A stretch of DNA of 64,000 nucleotides. It comes from Amoebophrya sp. A120 (lineage: Eukaryota > Protista > Dinoflagellata). The DNA lies in assembly GCA_905178155.1 (NCBI GenBank), contig CAJINV010000004.1, positions 2,122,391 through 2,186,390 of the forward strand, given 5' to 3'. Shown here one piece after another: positions 13,480 through 26,000 of the stretch (positions are counted from its first letter, which is position 1; each line of letters opens with the position of its first letter). A model generated the notes under the pieces. That model searched no databases. It had not been told where the DNA came from and saw only the letters and a program-made list of their open reading frames with translations. Made by a program: the position numbers and the translations under genes.

Positions 13480-14662
13480 CTTGCTGAAAAATCTGAAAAT
13501 GCAATTTCTCGTGTGTGGGCACGAGTAGAATTCAACCCCGTCAGCACACTTCCCCTTCCTGCCCTTGCAAAATCATGGTCATATGTTGCGATAGTCTTTA
13601 CTCGCGCTCAGCGGAGGAACGTGCGTTCTATCCGTGCTAGTACTATCCGTGCTAGTACTCGCGCTTGTTCATTCTGCAGAGCATCACCCTACCGTCCCTC
13701 ACTTGATGCTGATGTATTCCCTTTGATTCATGCTGAAAAGAAATCAGTAACCCGTCCGTGGTGTCCACTCCAGGTATCCGAAGATCCGCTTCCGCATCTA
13801 ATTCATACAATAAACCGACGGTAAATTAATTGGACTAGGACGACCAAAGTCCAATACTGAAGCATCACTTCTGCTAGGTAAAAACTACCCAGCAAATAGG
13901 GGCCCCCGAAATAGAGCTCCTGCACCATAGTTGCAGCTTCATTCGCACTGTGAAGTAAAAATATCACCCTCGCCCGCGCGGACCCAATCATGCGGTCAAC
14001 ATCTTTTGCGTTTCTCACTGAACGCTGTTCGTATAATCTCGCCGTCCCTGTCGTAGGTCCTCTGAATTTCTTCATTCTTCACGGTAGAAGCAAATGCAAA
14101 AACAGCTAGTTCACGACCTGGCAGATGAAAAGAACTTTGCTTATTTCTCACCCACACGTTCGTCAAGAAACCGGATGTGCTGCTTACCAGTGCGATCTGC
14201 GGCAGTATCCTCTGGCGCTTTACGGGTAGTTGTAACCACTGGGCACGTAGTTCCTTTTGCACGATTTGTTGTAAAAGCGCGAGTCTACTACAACGACATT
14301 CGCTTGCAGTCACGTAGCTCTGCAGTGCATGATTCGTTGCTTTCGGGACGATGAAAGGCTTGTCGTATAAAAAAGTATACTAAGTTATCGATCCATGATC
14401 CGCTGATGTACTAGTTGCTCAATTTTCTAATCAACTGCCTTCACCTTTCAGATAGCCTCCTGTGCAACATCTACTTTAGACATCAGCATCAGTCGCTTGT
14501 TCCACGTCCTCCTCCTCCCGCCGTCGTTGTCAAAAGAAAAGGACACAGCTCTATTCTATCTTTCCTTTCCCACGGCGACCGTTGTCCTCGTCCCTTGACC
14601 CTCGTGGTCCTCGCGTTTTTATCGCACGATGTAAAAAGTCGCTCTGCTCCTACTTCCCGCGC

Positions 14663-17600
14663 TCACAAAAGCGCCGCGACCGTGTAAGAGATGAGAAGCG
14701 AGGCGACGATCCCGGCAAACGCCTGGCCATGTGCGGCCGCGCCGGTTGGCAGGGTGGTGGTCGTGGTGGTGGTGGTGGTCGTGGTATTGGGCAGGGGCTC
14801 GTCCAGGCGGCGGTCGCACGCCTGGTTCTGCAGCGTGTTGCTGTACATGTCGCCACCGCGGGGGCTGGTCCCGTCGCCCGCGTACACCTGTTCGGCGGTG
14901 GGGAACACGTACTTCCGCACCACCAGGTCGGAGTCCACCTCCTGCAGGTAGGCCCCCACGTATGAAAGTGCACAACTCCTCCTCCCCCCATTTGCATGGC
15001 AAGAACAGCAAGACAAGCAACGACAGCTATGTGGGTTCCGCATGACAAGTCTGCACACCGATGGATTGTAGTACTGTCTGAGGTTCCAAAGTTTGGCATG
15101 CCGACACTGCCTAGGCGCAGCATGTGGACTGGGCGTTTTGCATTACAAACAAGGGAGAGGGACGAGAGCTGTGCATTCTCATACCACGAACTCCTCCGGC
15201 CGGTGCTGCGTGTACACGGAGAGAAAGTAGTAGTGCGAGAGCAGGTATCCACTGCAAATATCTCTGGGTCTGGAAGGTTGGAACTTGTCATGCTAAATCT
15301 GAATCATGCAAAAATCTGTGCTGCATGATTACCAAATGCTGTCCACTTTTGATCAAGTTGAGAGGCAGTTTCTCATGCAGGATAGGCATGATAGTGATCA
15401 TCTCACGGAGTCTGTCACGCTAGGTCCTCCATTACATATCATATGGGTCATGGAAACCTGCATGACAAGTCTAGCAAAGTTCCAGACCCAGACATATTTG
15501 CATTTGATAGCAGGGGCGCGGGCGCAGCCTGAAAAATCTTCACGGTCGTGTCCACCGCGCTGAAATGCCACTGGTTCGTTCCCTCCATCGCCGCCTGCTG
15601 CGTCGCGTAGCTGGGCTGCGCGGGCGAAACGGCCCCATCCATCGTCTGCGTCCACACGTCCAGCGCCCTATCCATTGCAAATCTCGTCGATCTGGGTCAC
15701 TGGAAGGATGCGGCCAACTTGTGGTGCGGATTCTCATTCTGGAAAATAAATATTACGGCGAAATAAGTCTGTGCTCTTGCACAGAGAGCAAAAGATGTTG
15801 CCCGACCCGTGTGGAAGAACTGGAAAGAGCATAAATTCCAATGCAGATGACTAGGCATGGAAAATAAGCCTCCGCAGATGAATTTGTCATGCTCTGTGCA
15901 CATTCCACACGACCTTGTCGCAAATGCAAAAACCGCATGATGACCGGTTGTATCCATTTTCTTCCGGAGGACCCAATCGTATTTGCATTTGATACGCCCG
16001 CGCGCCGCCGTTCATTTCCGCGTGGCTTCGTTTCAGCGTGGAATTTAGGTACACCCGCTGTGTCCGCTCGAAGTCCAAGAAGTCCCCGTCCTGTTTCTTA
16101 CAATGAAAAATGCCCCCACCCCGAAATTTGCGAAAGTTTCTCATGCAAAGTTTCCAAATGAAAGCTGTTTGTCTTGCATGAAAGGACGGCGACCCCTCTT
16201 GATGCAGAATTCAGGTGCGCAAGGTATCTTTTGCATCACAGATTCGACTGCTGTTGGGCTTCTTTGCAACACAAATTTGATGAGCTATTGAGCATGGAAA
16301 ATTTCTGATGCTGATATATGCAAGACGGAGAGTGTTTCCAATGGAAAGGTTTGCAATACAAATGCTCGCAATTTCTGGCGTGGGGGCGTTTTTCACTGCA
16401 ATACTGTTTCGACACCGCGCTGCCGTCGAAGCCGGCGGCGGCAAAGTCCGGAGACACGTCCTTCAGGTTATTCGGCGGGGTGGACACCGCGTCCCCGAGC
16501 TCCTGCACGAAGGACTGCGTGGCGCCTATCCTGATTAAAAACGTCCCGACACCAGAGAGTCCAGATGGGAAATCTGCTAGACAAATCACACAGCATTGGT
16601 TGTTTGGCATGGCAAGTTTGTCCTCGTAGAGTTGTCGTCCTGTTTAGCTAGCTCAGAAGCATCAGAGATCTAGCATAGCATGCTGATCCTAGCATCACAA
16701 ATCCCAAAACACGAAAAATAGAAAATGCTTCTCATAGGGCTCCGCGTGAGAAACTTTTTTGGCATGCAGAATTGCATGACAACTCTGGGGAGGTGGGGAT
16801 GTTTTTACACGGGATAGCCCCCGCCCGCGCGCTGGTGGTGACCTGCCCGAGGTAAGCCTGCTGCGTGTCGGATAGTAGGGTGGTCGCGGAGTGGTCGGCG
16901 GTCACGCAGGAGAGCTGCGTATGCATTGCAAATATGTCTGGGTCCTCTGCAAGACAGTATTAACTTGTGATGCTAAGTCTACACCCTGTAGCAATCTGTG
17001 TTGCATGACTGCCAACAGTTGTCCACTTTTGACCAAGTTGGGAGGGAGTTTCTCATGCACGACAGGCATGCTAGAGATCATCTCAAAGAATCTGTCATGC
17101 CAGGCCCTGCATTCCAGACCTCATGGGTCATGGAAAATCTGCATGACAAGCTGTCACGCTTCCAGAGGACCCAGACATATTTGCAATGCATACTGCGGCT
17201 CCCGCACCAACAACACATCCACCGCGGCGTCCGGGTACCGGAACGAGGATTCCGCAAGTTCGCGGCACCTCTGACAGTGCACAACTCCCCCTCCCCCTCA
17301 CTTGTCATGCAAAATACCCAATCCACCCTTTGCCTCTCGACACTGTTTGCATGACAAGTTTAGCCCAAAGAGCACTACCCTCCAGTGCCAATTTTTCATG
17401 CGAAACCAGCACGACTCTTGCTGACGCTCGTATTGCCGTTCACGCTATACAAATGAGGGGGAGGGGGAGTTGTGCACTGTCATAGTACCCGTGCCAGTTC
17501 CAAAAGTACGTCTTTCCGTACTCCAGCTGAAAGACCCCGGACCACTCGATGATATAGCCTGCGCAGCTGCTACAATCTCACACGTTACAATAGAATATGG

Positions 17601-20600
17601 ATGAAATCTGTGATGCAAGAAGTGCATGCTCCAGCCTACTCCTGCATAGAACTGCGCATGACAGGTCCTGGAGTGGTCGTCCCAAGCCGCACTAGAATCT
17701 ACCGAAATTGGTATTGCAGAAAGTGGAACAGTTTGCGATTCTGTCATGCTTGTCATGCAAGACAAATAATTCCGGGTTTAACGCTTGAGATTGTAAAAAC
17801 AGCTGAGCAGGTGATAGATGAGGTCCAGATTCTTTCCGGAGCTGGGCAGGCTGGCCATCTTGGGTTTGGTGATGCACGCACTGCTCCGGACCGGGTATCG
17901 TAAGGAAAAATCCCCCCACCCCCGAACTTAGGAGCATTTGTATTGCAAACCCTTCCAAAATGAAACATTCGCCCTCTTGCCTTTATCAGCATCGCAAATT
18001 TTCCATGCTGAATAGCGCAAATTTGTGATGCAAAGGAGCCCAACAGCAGGCGGATCTCTGATGCAAAAGATACCTTGCGCCCCTAGATTCTGCATCAGAA
18101 ATGCTTGCGCTCCTTTCATGCAAGACAAAAGCCTTTCATTTGGAAACTTTGCATGAGAAACTTTTGCAAATTCCGGAGTGGGGGCACTTTTCATTGTAAT
18201 ACCGGGACGCCGAGATTTGCGTCCGCGAACCCGGTGGCGACCCCGGCGAGGCCGTGCTCCTGGTGCTTTATCAAATGCAAAAATGTCGGGTGTTTTGTCT
18301 GGAAGCAAGACCATGGCACAGCGCAGGGTCTGGGTCTGGAAGATTTCTAGATTTGTCATGCATATTTTCCATGACCCATGATGTCTGTGATGCATGCCGT
18401 AGCATCACAGATTTTTAGAGCGCCTTGCGATACCTCTACAGCATGAGAAATGCCCTCTCCGCGTAGCACAAACTGGAGTCCTCTTGCTGGTCATGAAATA
18501 CAAGTTTTTTCAGAATCCAGAGACAACATCACAAGATACAACCTTCCAGACCCAGACATATTTGCATTTGATATGCTTCCAGGGCGCGCGGTACAGTGCG
18601 TTGTAGCTGTAGGCCGGCGTCACCGGCGGGAGCGCGAGTAGGGCGGCCAGGCGCTCCTCGAGCTTCGCGCCCTTCGGCAAAAACCGGAGGTCGTCCGTGT
18701 GCGTGCCGCCCGCGGTGCTGGGCGAGGCCGGCAGTTTGGCGGGCAGCCCCGCGTATCAAATGCAAATATGTCTCGGTCTGGAAGATGTCGCGACTTGTCA
18801 TGCCGTTTTCCAAGCTGCACCAAGTCTGGAATGCGGGGCTTAGCATCACACGTTTCCCAGGCGCTTGGTGATGCCTATTCTGCATGAGAAGTGCCCTCTC
18901 AGCATGGCCATAAATGGACACCTTTTGCATGTTATGCAATACAGATTTTGGTATGATCCGCAACGCGCATCACAAGCTGCAACCTTCCAGACCCAGGCAT
19001 ATTTGCAACACATACCGCGTCGAGCGCCGGCACGGCGGCCAGCCAGGCAAACGGCAGCTGCTGCTCCCAGAAGGTGCGCCCGAACATGCCCAAACGGCTG
19101 ACGTGTTGCTCCTGCCAGTCCAGCGCGTTCACGCTGCAGGAGCACGTCGTGCCCTGCGACTGCGTATCGAATGCAAAGATGTCTCTGGGTCTGGGAGATT
19201 GCAAAACTTGTCATGCTCTGCTGAGAGGAGAAAAAGATCTGTCATGCATGTTGCGCTAGTACCGCACTGTTTTTTTTGTAATGCAAAAACGGAGCAGCAG
19301 CTTCTCATGCAGCTTACGCAAGACCTAGTCGCCCGGAAACCTGTCATGCGCATCCTCATATAATTGGAGGTTGCTTGTGATCCGCAACTTTGCATCACAA
19401 CTTTCCAGACCCAGACACGACCTCTTTGCAATGCATACTGCGTCGCCGCGAGGTCTGCATCGCTCGCGTACCGCATCCAGGAGTGCTATCCTGAGTAAAA
19501 ACGTACCCACACCAGAGTTGTAATGCAGATTTGCAAAGACAGGAAGACCCGTAATGCGCATCCCCATGAGAGCCATTTCCAATCGCGTTGTGGAATTTGT
19601 GATGCTATGAACAGCATGAGCAGATGAGCCTGTGATGCGGCTGCACTTGCTAACCTGCACTACACTGCATAGTGCAACTTGTGATGCGTGACTCACAAAA
19701 CACCTAGGTTTGTGTTGCAAAATCCCCACTCTGACTCTGGTGTGGGTACGTTTTTACTCAGGATAAGTGCGGGCCGATCGTCAGTTCGTACTTGCCTGTG
19801 ACCACGGGCCGATTGTAGGCTGCCGTCTCGGAGCCGGGCAGCACGTTAATCCCCGTCACGTCGATCGCGGACGCGCCACTGCCGGCGGCGGCCACCGCAT
19901 TCTCGTCCGCAACCAACCAGGTGACCACCTTGTACTTTCCCGGGTTCCCCACGTAGTGCGTGGTGCTGTACCATGACCTGCAAATATGTCTGGTGTTTTG
20001 TCTGGAAACAAGACCTTGGTACAGCACAGGGAAGAGAACGACTTTAACATTTTGAAGAAAGAAAAGAAAAGAGAACTACGTGGATCATTGGAAGATTTGT
20101 CATGCACACCTGGGTCTGGAACATTGGAAGATTTGTCATGCACACCGTACATGACCCATGACGTCTGCGATGTATGTCCTAGCATCACAGACTTTCTGAG
20201 TGCTTCAGCTTCTTGATGCCTATCCTGCATGACAAATGCCCTATCCACGTGGCAAAAACTGGACTCCTGTTGCTGGCCATGCAACACAGATTTTTTTTAG
20301 AATTCCAACATAGCATCACAAGTTGCATCCTTCCAGACCCAGACATATTTGCAATGCATATGTACAGCCAGTAGTCGTACACCGTGGCGGACCGGAGCAG
20401 GAAATCTTTGTAGTCGCTGGCCATTATCCCACAGAAAGAAGCAGGCAGGGCAGATTTGTATATGCAAAAATAAACACGCAGAAAAATATGTCATGGGCAA
20501 CGCCATAGCATTCTGTTTAGGACATGCAAGACAGATTGTTTTGTCTATTTATTTTTGCATTACAAACCTGACCTGCCTGCTTTTTTCTGTGTGATAGCCA

Positions 20601-22353
20601 TCGGGAGTTCCTGCATGCACTGGTTGCTGGACGGGTCGTAGTGGTCGGCACGGTCGGTCGCGTACCCGGACATGACCGGCGAATTCTGCACCCCGATGTT
20701 CGCACACTGCTTCGTGTCGGCCGCCGCGTGAAAATACCGCCCGGTTCGGTAAAACGGGTCCTTCGGCTGCAGGATCCCGGCCGTGTTCCACGCGGTCTGG
20801 TCGTAGTACTCCTCCGGAGCGAGCGTCCCCCGCTCGATCAGCATCCGCGTGACCCGTTCCAGGTGACTGGCGGTCAGCTGCGGCATATCGCGAGGAAAGA
20901 TCTCCCCTCCCCACACTGAAAAGGTAGATTTTCGGAAATTTGTGATGCTGATTTGTGTTCACAAATCGCGTCTGTCTTGCAAGAAGGCAACTCCGCAGCC
21001 CCCGCCGCATTGTGCAGGCGGTTTGTCATGCTGTCGGACCTACAGCGCGGACGTTTTTCATGCTAAACGCCTAGGCCAAAACCTCTCTACACAGGCTTGA
21101 TATGGACCTGCAGTCCTGTTCAGCAAGACAGCTCGGATTTGTGTACACAAATCCAGAATCAGAAACTTTGTTGCGATATGGGGAGGGGGGATTTTTCCTT
21201 TTGATACGGCAGCCCCGGGCCGAAGATGTAACCGTTGAAAAAGAGGCGGTCGCGGAACCTGGCAATTTCCGGCGTCCAGGCACACAGATACACGTCCTGG
21301 TTGGTTTCCGTCACATCGAACTCGGTATTGTAGGGAAAAATTCCCCCTCCCGATATCAGAGAGGTACGCGTCAGAAAATTTGTGATGCTGATTTGTCACC
21401 ACTCATCTTTTTGTCTTGCAAGAAGGCAGCTCTGCAGTCTCCGCCGCATTATGCGGGCGGTTTGTGATGCTGCTTGGGCTACAGCATAGACATCTGTGAT
21501 GCCAAGCGCCCACGTCAGAAGGTCGGCGACACCCAGGCACGGCAGCTGTCTGCAGTCCTCTACTGCAAGACAGCTCCGATTTGTATACGCAAATCCAGCA
21601 TGAGACACTTCGTTTTGATATGGGGAGGTGGGATTTTTCCTTTTGATACTCGGTCCAAAAGTACGGGTGCTCCAACGTCTGCACGCGACGAATAAAAAAG
21701 GCCTCCTTCACGTTGCTGATGCGGTACACGTATGCATTGCAAAAGTCTTGTACCATCGTACTAAGCTGCATTAATTGCATTTTACAATGTCGCTTTTTAT
21801 CACAAAAATTGCAATTTGTAATGCTGATTTAACTAGCTTAAGCATTTAACATTTGTCATGCGAGCTTGCAATTACTATCTACGAGTTCGAATTGCGATGC
21901 AATGCCTAACGCATTTTGCGGGACCGAGTACTCCACCCCGCACGAGGCCCGGCCGTAGGCGATGGCGCCCGGGTGCAGCTGCCGCGGCTGCGCGGCACTT
22001 CGCGCAGAAACCGATGCTGGCGACTTCTCGTGGTCTTTCTTCGGGCTTGCTTCTCCATCCTCTTCGTGCGACGCTGTAATCGTCGGGGACTTGCCGCCTT
22101 CGCTTTTACTTGCCCCCCGAAGATGAACATCGGCCGCACGACTGACCGGTGCCCCTAACGCGCCGGTGGCCGCGGTACTAGCAGCTAATGATACAACCAG
22201 CGAGATGATACTTCTGCGAAATGTGGACCCCGGCTGGGACAATACAGAACTCGGCCTTGACGCGGCCCGCCGGCGAAACACCCGTTCTTGCACAGCGGTG
22301 GTACCCGACAGGACGGATAGTTCATCGCCGCGGTCGAGCATTGTTTTTTTCAA
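14663..22353 (-). CDS. Large secreted, probably GPI-anchored protein split by about 17 introners
   Basis: Most exon junctions join in frame when each element plus one direct repeat is removed (e.g. ...IEWSGVFQLEYGKTYFWNWHG..YPDAAVDVLLV...YTQHRPEEFVGAYL...); ends in a poly-Thr tract and hydrophobic tail AFAGIVASLLISYTVAALL*. Confidence 0.72.
14961..15183. mobile_element. Introner, family B
   Basis: tatgaaagtgcaca / tgtgcattctcata; direct repeat ccacg. Confidence 0.88.
15246..15509. mobile_element. Introner, family D
   Basis: tatccactgcaaatatctctgggtctggaa / ttccagacccagacatatttgcatttgata; direct repeat gcagg. Confidence 0.9.
15669..15994. mobile_element. Introner, family D
   Basis: tatccattgcaaat / atttgcatttgata; direct repeat cgccc. 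Confidence 0.85.
16096..16403. mobile_element. Introner, family A
   Basis: tcttacaatgaaaaatgccccca / tgggggcgtttttcactgcaata; direct repeat ctgtt. Confidence 0.88.
16527..16816. mobile_element. Introner, family C
   Basis: tatcctgattaaaaacgtccc / gggatgtttttacacgggata; direct repeat gcgcc/gcccc. Confidence 0.8.
16920..17192. mobile_element. Introner, family D
   Basis: Perfect TIR tatgcattgcaaatatgtctgggtcctctg; direct repeat ctgcg. Confidence 0.92.
17270..17484. mobile_element. Introner, family B
   Basis: tctgacagtgcacaactccccctccccctca / tgagggggagggggagttgtgcactgtcata; direct repeat gcacc/gtacc. Confidence 0.85.
17896..18201. mobile_element. Introner, family A (opposite orientation to 16096-16403)
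   Basis: Direct repeat ccggg; its reverse complement matches the family A internal sequence. Confidence 0.88.
18269..18573. mobile_element. Introner, family D
   Basis: tatcaaatgcaaa / tttgcatttgata; direct repeat tgctt. Confidence 0.88.
18754..19014. mobile_element. Introner, family D
   Basis: tatcaaatgcaaatatgtctcggtctggaag / cttccagacccaggcatatttgcaacacata; direct repeat ccgcg. Confidence 0.88.
19165..19437. mobile_element. Introner, family D
   Basis: tatcgaatgcaaag / ctttgcaatgcata; direct repeat ctgcg. Confidence 0.85.
19487..19765. mobile_element. Introner, family C
   Basis: Perfect 32-bp TIR tatcctgagtaaaaacgtacccacaccagagt; direct repeat agtgc. Confidence 0.93.
19972..20360. mobile_element. 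Introner, family D (with internal duplication)
   Basis: catgacctgcaaatatgtctgg / ccagacatatttgcaatgcata; direct repeat tgtac. Confidence 0.8.
20425..20596. mobile_element. Introner, family F
   Basis: tatcccacagaaagaagcaggcagg / cctgcctgcttttttctgtgtgata; direct repeat gccat. Confidence 0.88.
20886..21206. mobile_element. Introner, family E
   Basis: tatcgcgaggaaagatctcccctcccc / ggggaggggggatttttccttttgata; direct repeat cggca. Confidence 0.88.
21326..21648. mobile_element. Introner, family E
   Basis: Direct repeat ctcgg; internal similarity to 20886-21206. Confidence 0.88.
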
Positions 22354-23098
22354 AAATATAAATTTTTGAGAAAGTAAGTAGTCTGGTGCAGTGTGATGTG
22401 TTGTACACTAATTTTTAATCATCCGTATGCGAAGGTTTCGTGCCACATGCTAGTAGCTTCTGTCGTCTAAAAATACCGCGTAGAAGTAAGACGTACCTCG
22501 CGCGGCCGCCTCGCAACAAGATCTCTTCTTGATCACTCTGGCCAGCACCACATCAACTCGCTCCGCATGGAAAATGTTGATTTGCAGGACCTTGTCTTCA
22601 GTTTTCCTGCAGGACAGACTGACGAACAGGAAAGAAATTAAAACACTCTTGTCTCGAAAACAACTTATTTCGGGGCGCTCTCGGACGAACACCGATACGC
22701 GGAGGACAAGTAGCGGCACTTGCTTATCTAATGTGATATTCTTGATACACACGACCGCAGCGAAGAACAAGTGCTGCTTTACTGCTATTGCTGCTCCGGA
22801 TGTGCTTGCGAATCCGATACCATTTCCATTGCGTGCTGCGCGTTGCAGATTGTATTGGTATTCTTTTCACCTTCACCACCTAATGCTAATCGTTTACTAC
22901 ATTTCCGACACGATATTACAGAGATTACTGGGTTGATTTGTGAATCGATTGAGAATTATCTAGCGGGTTCTACTTTCGACGGCTGTGCCTGACATTATTT
23001 TCAAGAACAAGAAGCATATTACAGTATTAATACATATTGTGGAATGACAATGTATGAGGAAATGAAATTTCAAGAACATCATCTGCGTCTTTATTCAT

Positions 23099-26000
23099 TC
23101 ATATTTCGTAACTCCCGTCGCGGTGGCGCCGGATAGAATCGTCGTCGCGGAGCTTCGCCGCCTCGATGTAGTAATCCTGGTTTTCCGTTTCCACGCCCTC
23201 GATTTCGCCCTTGTTCAACTGCTCCGATAACTTCCGGACCTCCTCGTATCCCGAAAAAGAACGTCCCCACCCCAGAGTTGTCGTGTCTTCATTCAGATTT
23301 GCAATCAATGACAGGAAATAAAAAACTTGGCACCCGCATCCCCATGCCAGGCATTTCCAGTCGACGTGTTCTGGACTTTGTGATGCTGTAAACAGGATTA
23401 GGGCAACCGGCTTTGTGATGCGCCTGTCCTTGCTATTAACCCGCATGACAATACAGAGAAATAGGACTTGTCATTCGTACTGACTCCGAAATAAACCAAC
23501 GCTTGGATTTGTGTTGCGCATCGCCGCCTTAACTCTTGGGCGGGGAGGTTTTTATTCCACATACCTCGGCCTCCTTCGGCAGCGCTTTTTCTTTCTCCTC
23601 ACTTCCCAGCAGCGCCTCGCCGCGCGCAAACGCGTTCGAGTTCGCGATGAACTTGGCGAGGTTGCGATCCTGAGGGAAAACGCGGTTCCCACGACCCCAA
23701 ATTATTCAGCATGCAAATATGCACGTTGCCCAGGTTGATGTGTCTCATGGTGCGCAGCGCATTTGCAGCTCATGCTAGTACTTAATGATCTGGAAATTTT
23801 GTGTAACACAAGAACTCGATGAATCAGGATAAAGTAGAAAGCAGCTCGATTTTTTGCGATGCAACTGCAACAGCTGATCCTCGGACTACACGAGATGAAA
23901 CCCAAAATTAGTTGTCATGCGCGCGTTCAGCGGCCAATACTACTTCTTCGCCGATTGAGCCGCACGCACATGTGCCATCTTGACTCTAGCGTGGGTATTA
24001 TCAAATCCAGGTTTTCACTCAGGATAGTTGCGTCCGAGCAAGACGTATTCGTCGCGGAGCGTCGTGGAGAAGGCCAGAAACCCGAACTTTTTAAAATTCA
24101 GCGAAAACGCGGTCTGGTCGTCGTTGTTGTTGTGGTAGTTGGGGTATGCAGTGCAAATTATATGTCTGGTGCGCATTTCAGATCGCAGAAAAATCTGTCT
24201 AGCATAAAAAACAGCAAAAGTTGTCTATCTTTGGCCCTGGTGACGAGAGCGGATTTCATCTCATGCAGAGTGGGCATCGCGAAGCTCTCGAAGTAGTAGA
24301 ACCTGTGATGCTGGTCCCTGCATAATTCCGGGTCATGCAAAAACTGTATTTTACAGTAAACATCTGCATTCAAATTCATGCAGACCCAGACGGATACTCG
24401 CAGTGCATATCGGGTATTCCGTATCCCACGAAAAAAGTGTTTCACTGTGGTGATTTTGGAAGATCTGCATCACAAGTTTGTTACACATGACACAGAAAAC
24501 CTGGCTGCCATGCGCACTTCCCAAGGGAAAACACGCTTAAAAATCCAATGTCTTGCAGGTGTAGCAAGATAAGTAGTTCTGTGTTCCATTCTATGCATCA
24601 CAAGTTCACAGTGAAACAGTCTTTTCTTGCGATATTCCGGGTACCCAAGCACCGAGGCCTCCTCCGTCATGATGCGGGGGTCCTCGCTGTGCATCAGCCA
24701 CTGCTTGGCGACCTGCAGCGACAAAGGCGTTTTCCGCGCCATGATCTATCAAATGCAAATATGTCCGGGTCTGGGAGAGTGTAAACTTGTCATGCAGGTT
24801 TTCCAGGACCCGCGAGGATTGGAATGCAGGACCTAGCATGACAGATTCTGTGAGATCTGTCTCACCCCTCTCCCGCATGAGAAAACCGCTTTCAACGTGG
24901 TCAAAAGTGGACAGCTTTTGGTAATCATGCAACACAGATTTTTGCATGATTGAGATTTGGCATGACAAGTTGGCATGTTCCAGACACTCAGGGATATTTG
25001 CAATGCATATGATCAAAGAGCTCGCGATCTGGTTGCTTTCGACCACCTGCTTGTAGTCCATGTCGGTAAGCTATGAGGGTGCACAACTCCCCCGCCTCCC
25101 CCTCATTTGTAATGCAAAGTACCAAACTCCGATCTTGCTCGTAAGCACTGCTAGCATGACAAATTTTGGAACCTCAAATAGTACTACAATATGCACGCGA
25201 ATTTGTCATGCGAAAGGCCCTTTTCTGTTGTTGCTTGTGTTGCTGTTCATGCCATACAAATGAGGGGGAGGGGGAGTAGTTGTGCACTCTCATATAAGCA
25301 GGAACGCGTCGCGCTTGCTCCAGTCCCCCTCCAGCATCACCGTGCGGCAGGCGGCCACGTCGCTCCCGCGGAGGTACCGCGCCATATCCATTGCAAATAT
25401 GTCTGGGTCCTCTGGAAACTTGTGACGCAAGGAAGGGAATAGCGAGCACACTGTAAAAATGCGCTGCCAAGCATGACAAGTTTTTCCGTGAATGCTGAGT
25501 TGTGTACTCCGCATGAGAAACTGCGTCTCTGCATGACAGGCAAGAGGAGCTCTTTGCGGTGACGCAACACAGAGTTCAGAGCGATGCCAGACTAGCATGA
25601 CAAATCTCGCAACTTCCCAGACCCAGACATATTTGTACTTGATACGCCAGCAGGGGGCGCAGGTCCTTGAGGAAGGAGACCCCCGCATCCGACCACACAA
25701 CGATCGTGTCATCCTCGGCTTGGACTATCACCCAGACAAAAGCTAGCAGGGCACATTTGTAAAATGCAAAATAAATAGACGGACAGAAAAATACATCCAG
25801 GGCGGGCCCACAGGAGCGTACTATGTACTTATTCTCGCATAATTTTTACAAGGACAACGACTGTGATCACTGCTAGCTTTTTTCCGTGGGATAGGCTCCA
25901 GCGCCTGCAGAAAGATAAACGCCTTCCACACGTTATTCTGAGTAAAAACGTCCCCACCCCAGAGTTGTCTTCATGCAGAATTACAATCACAGGAAAATAA

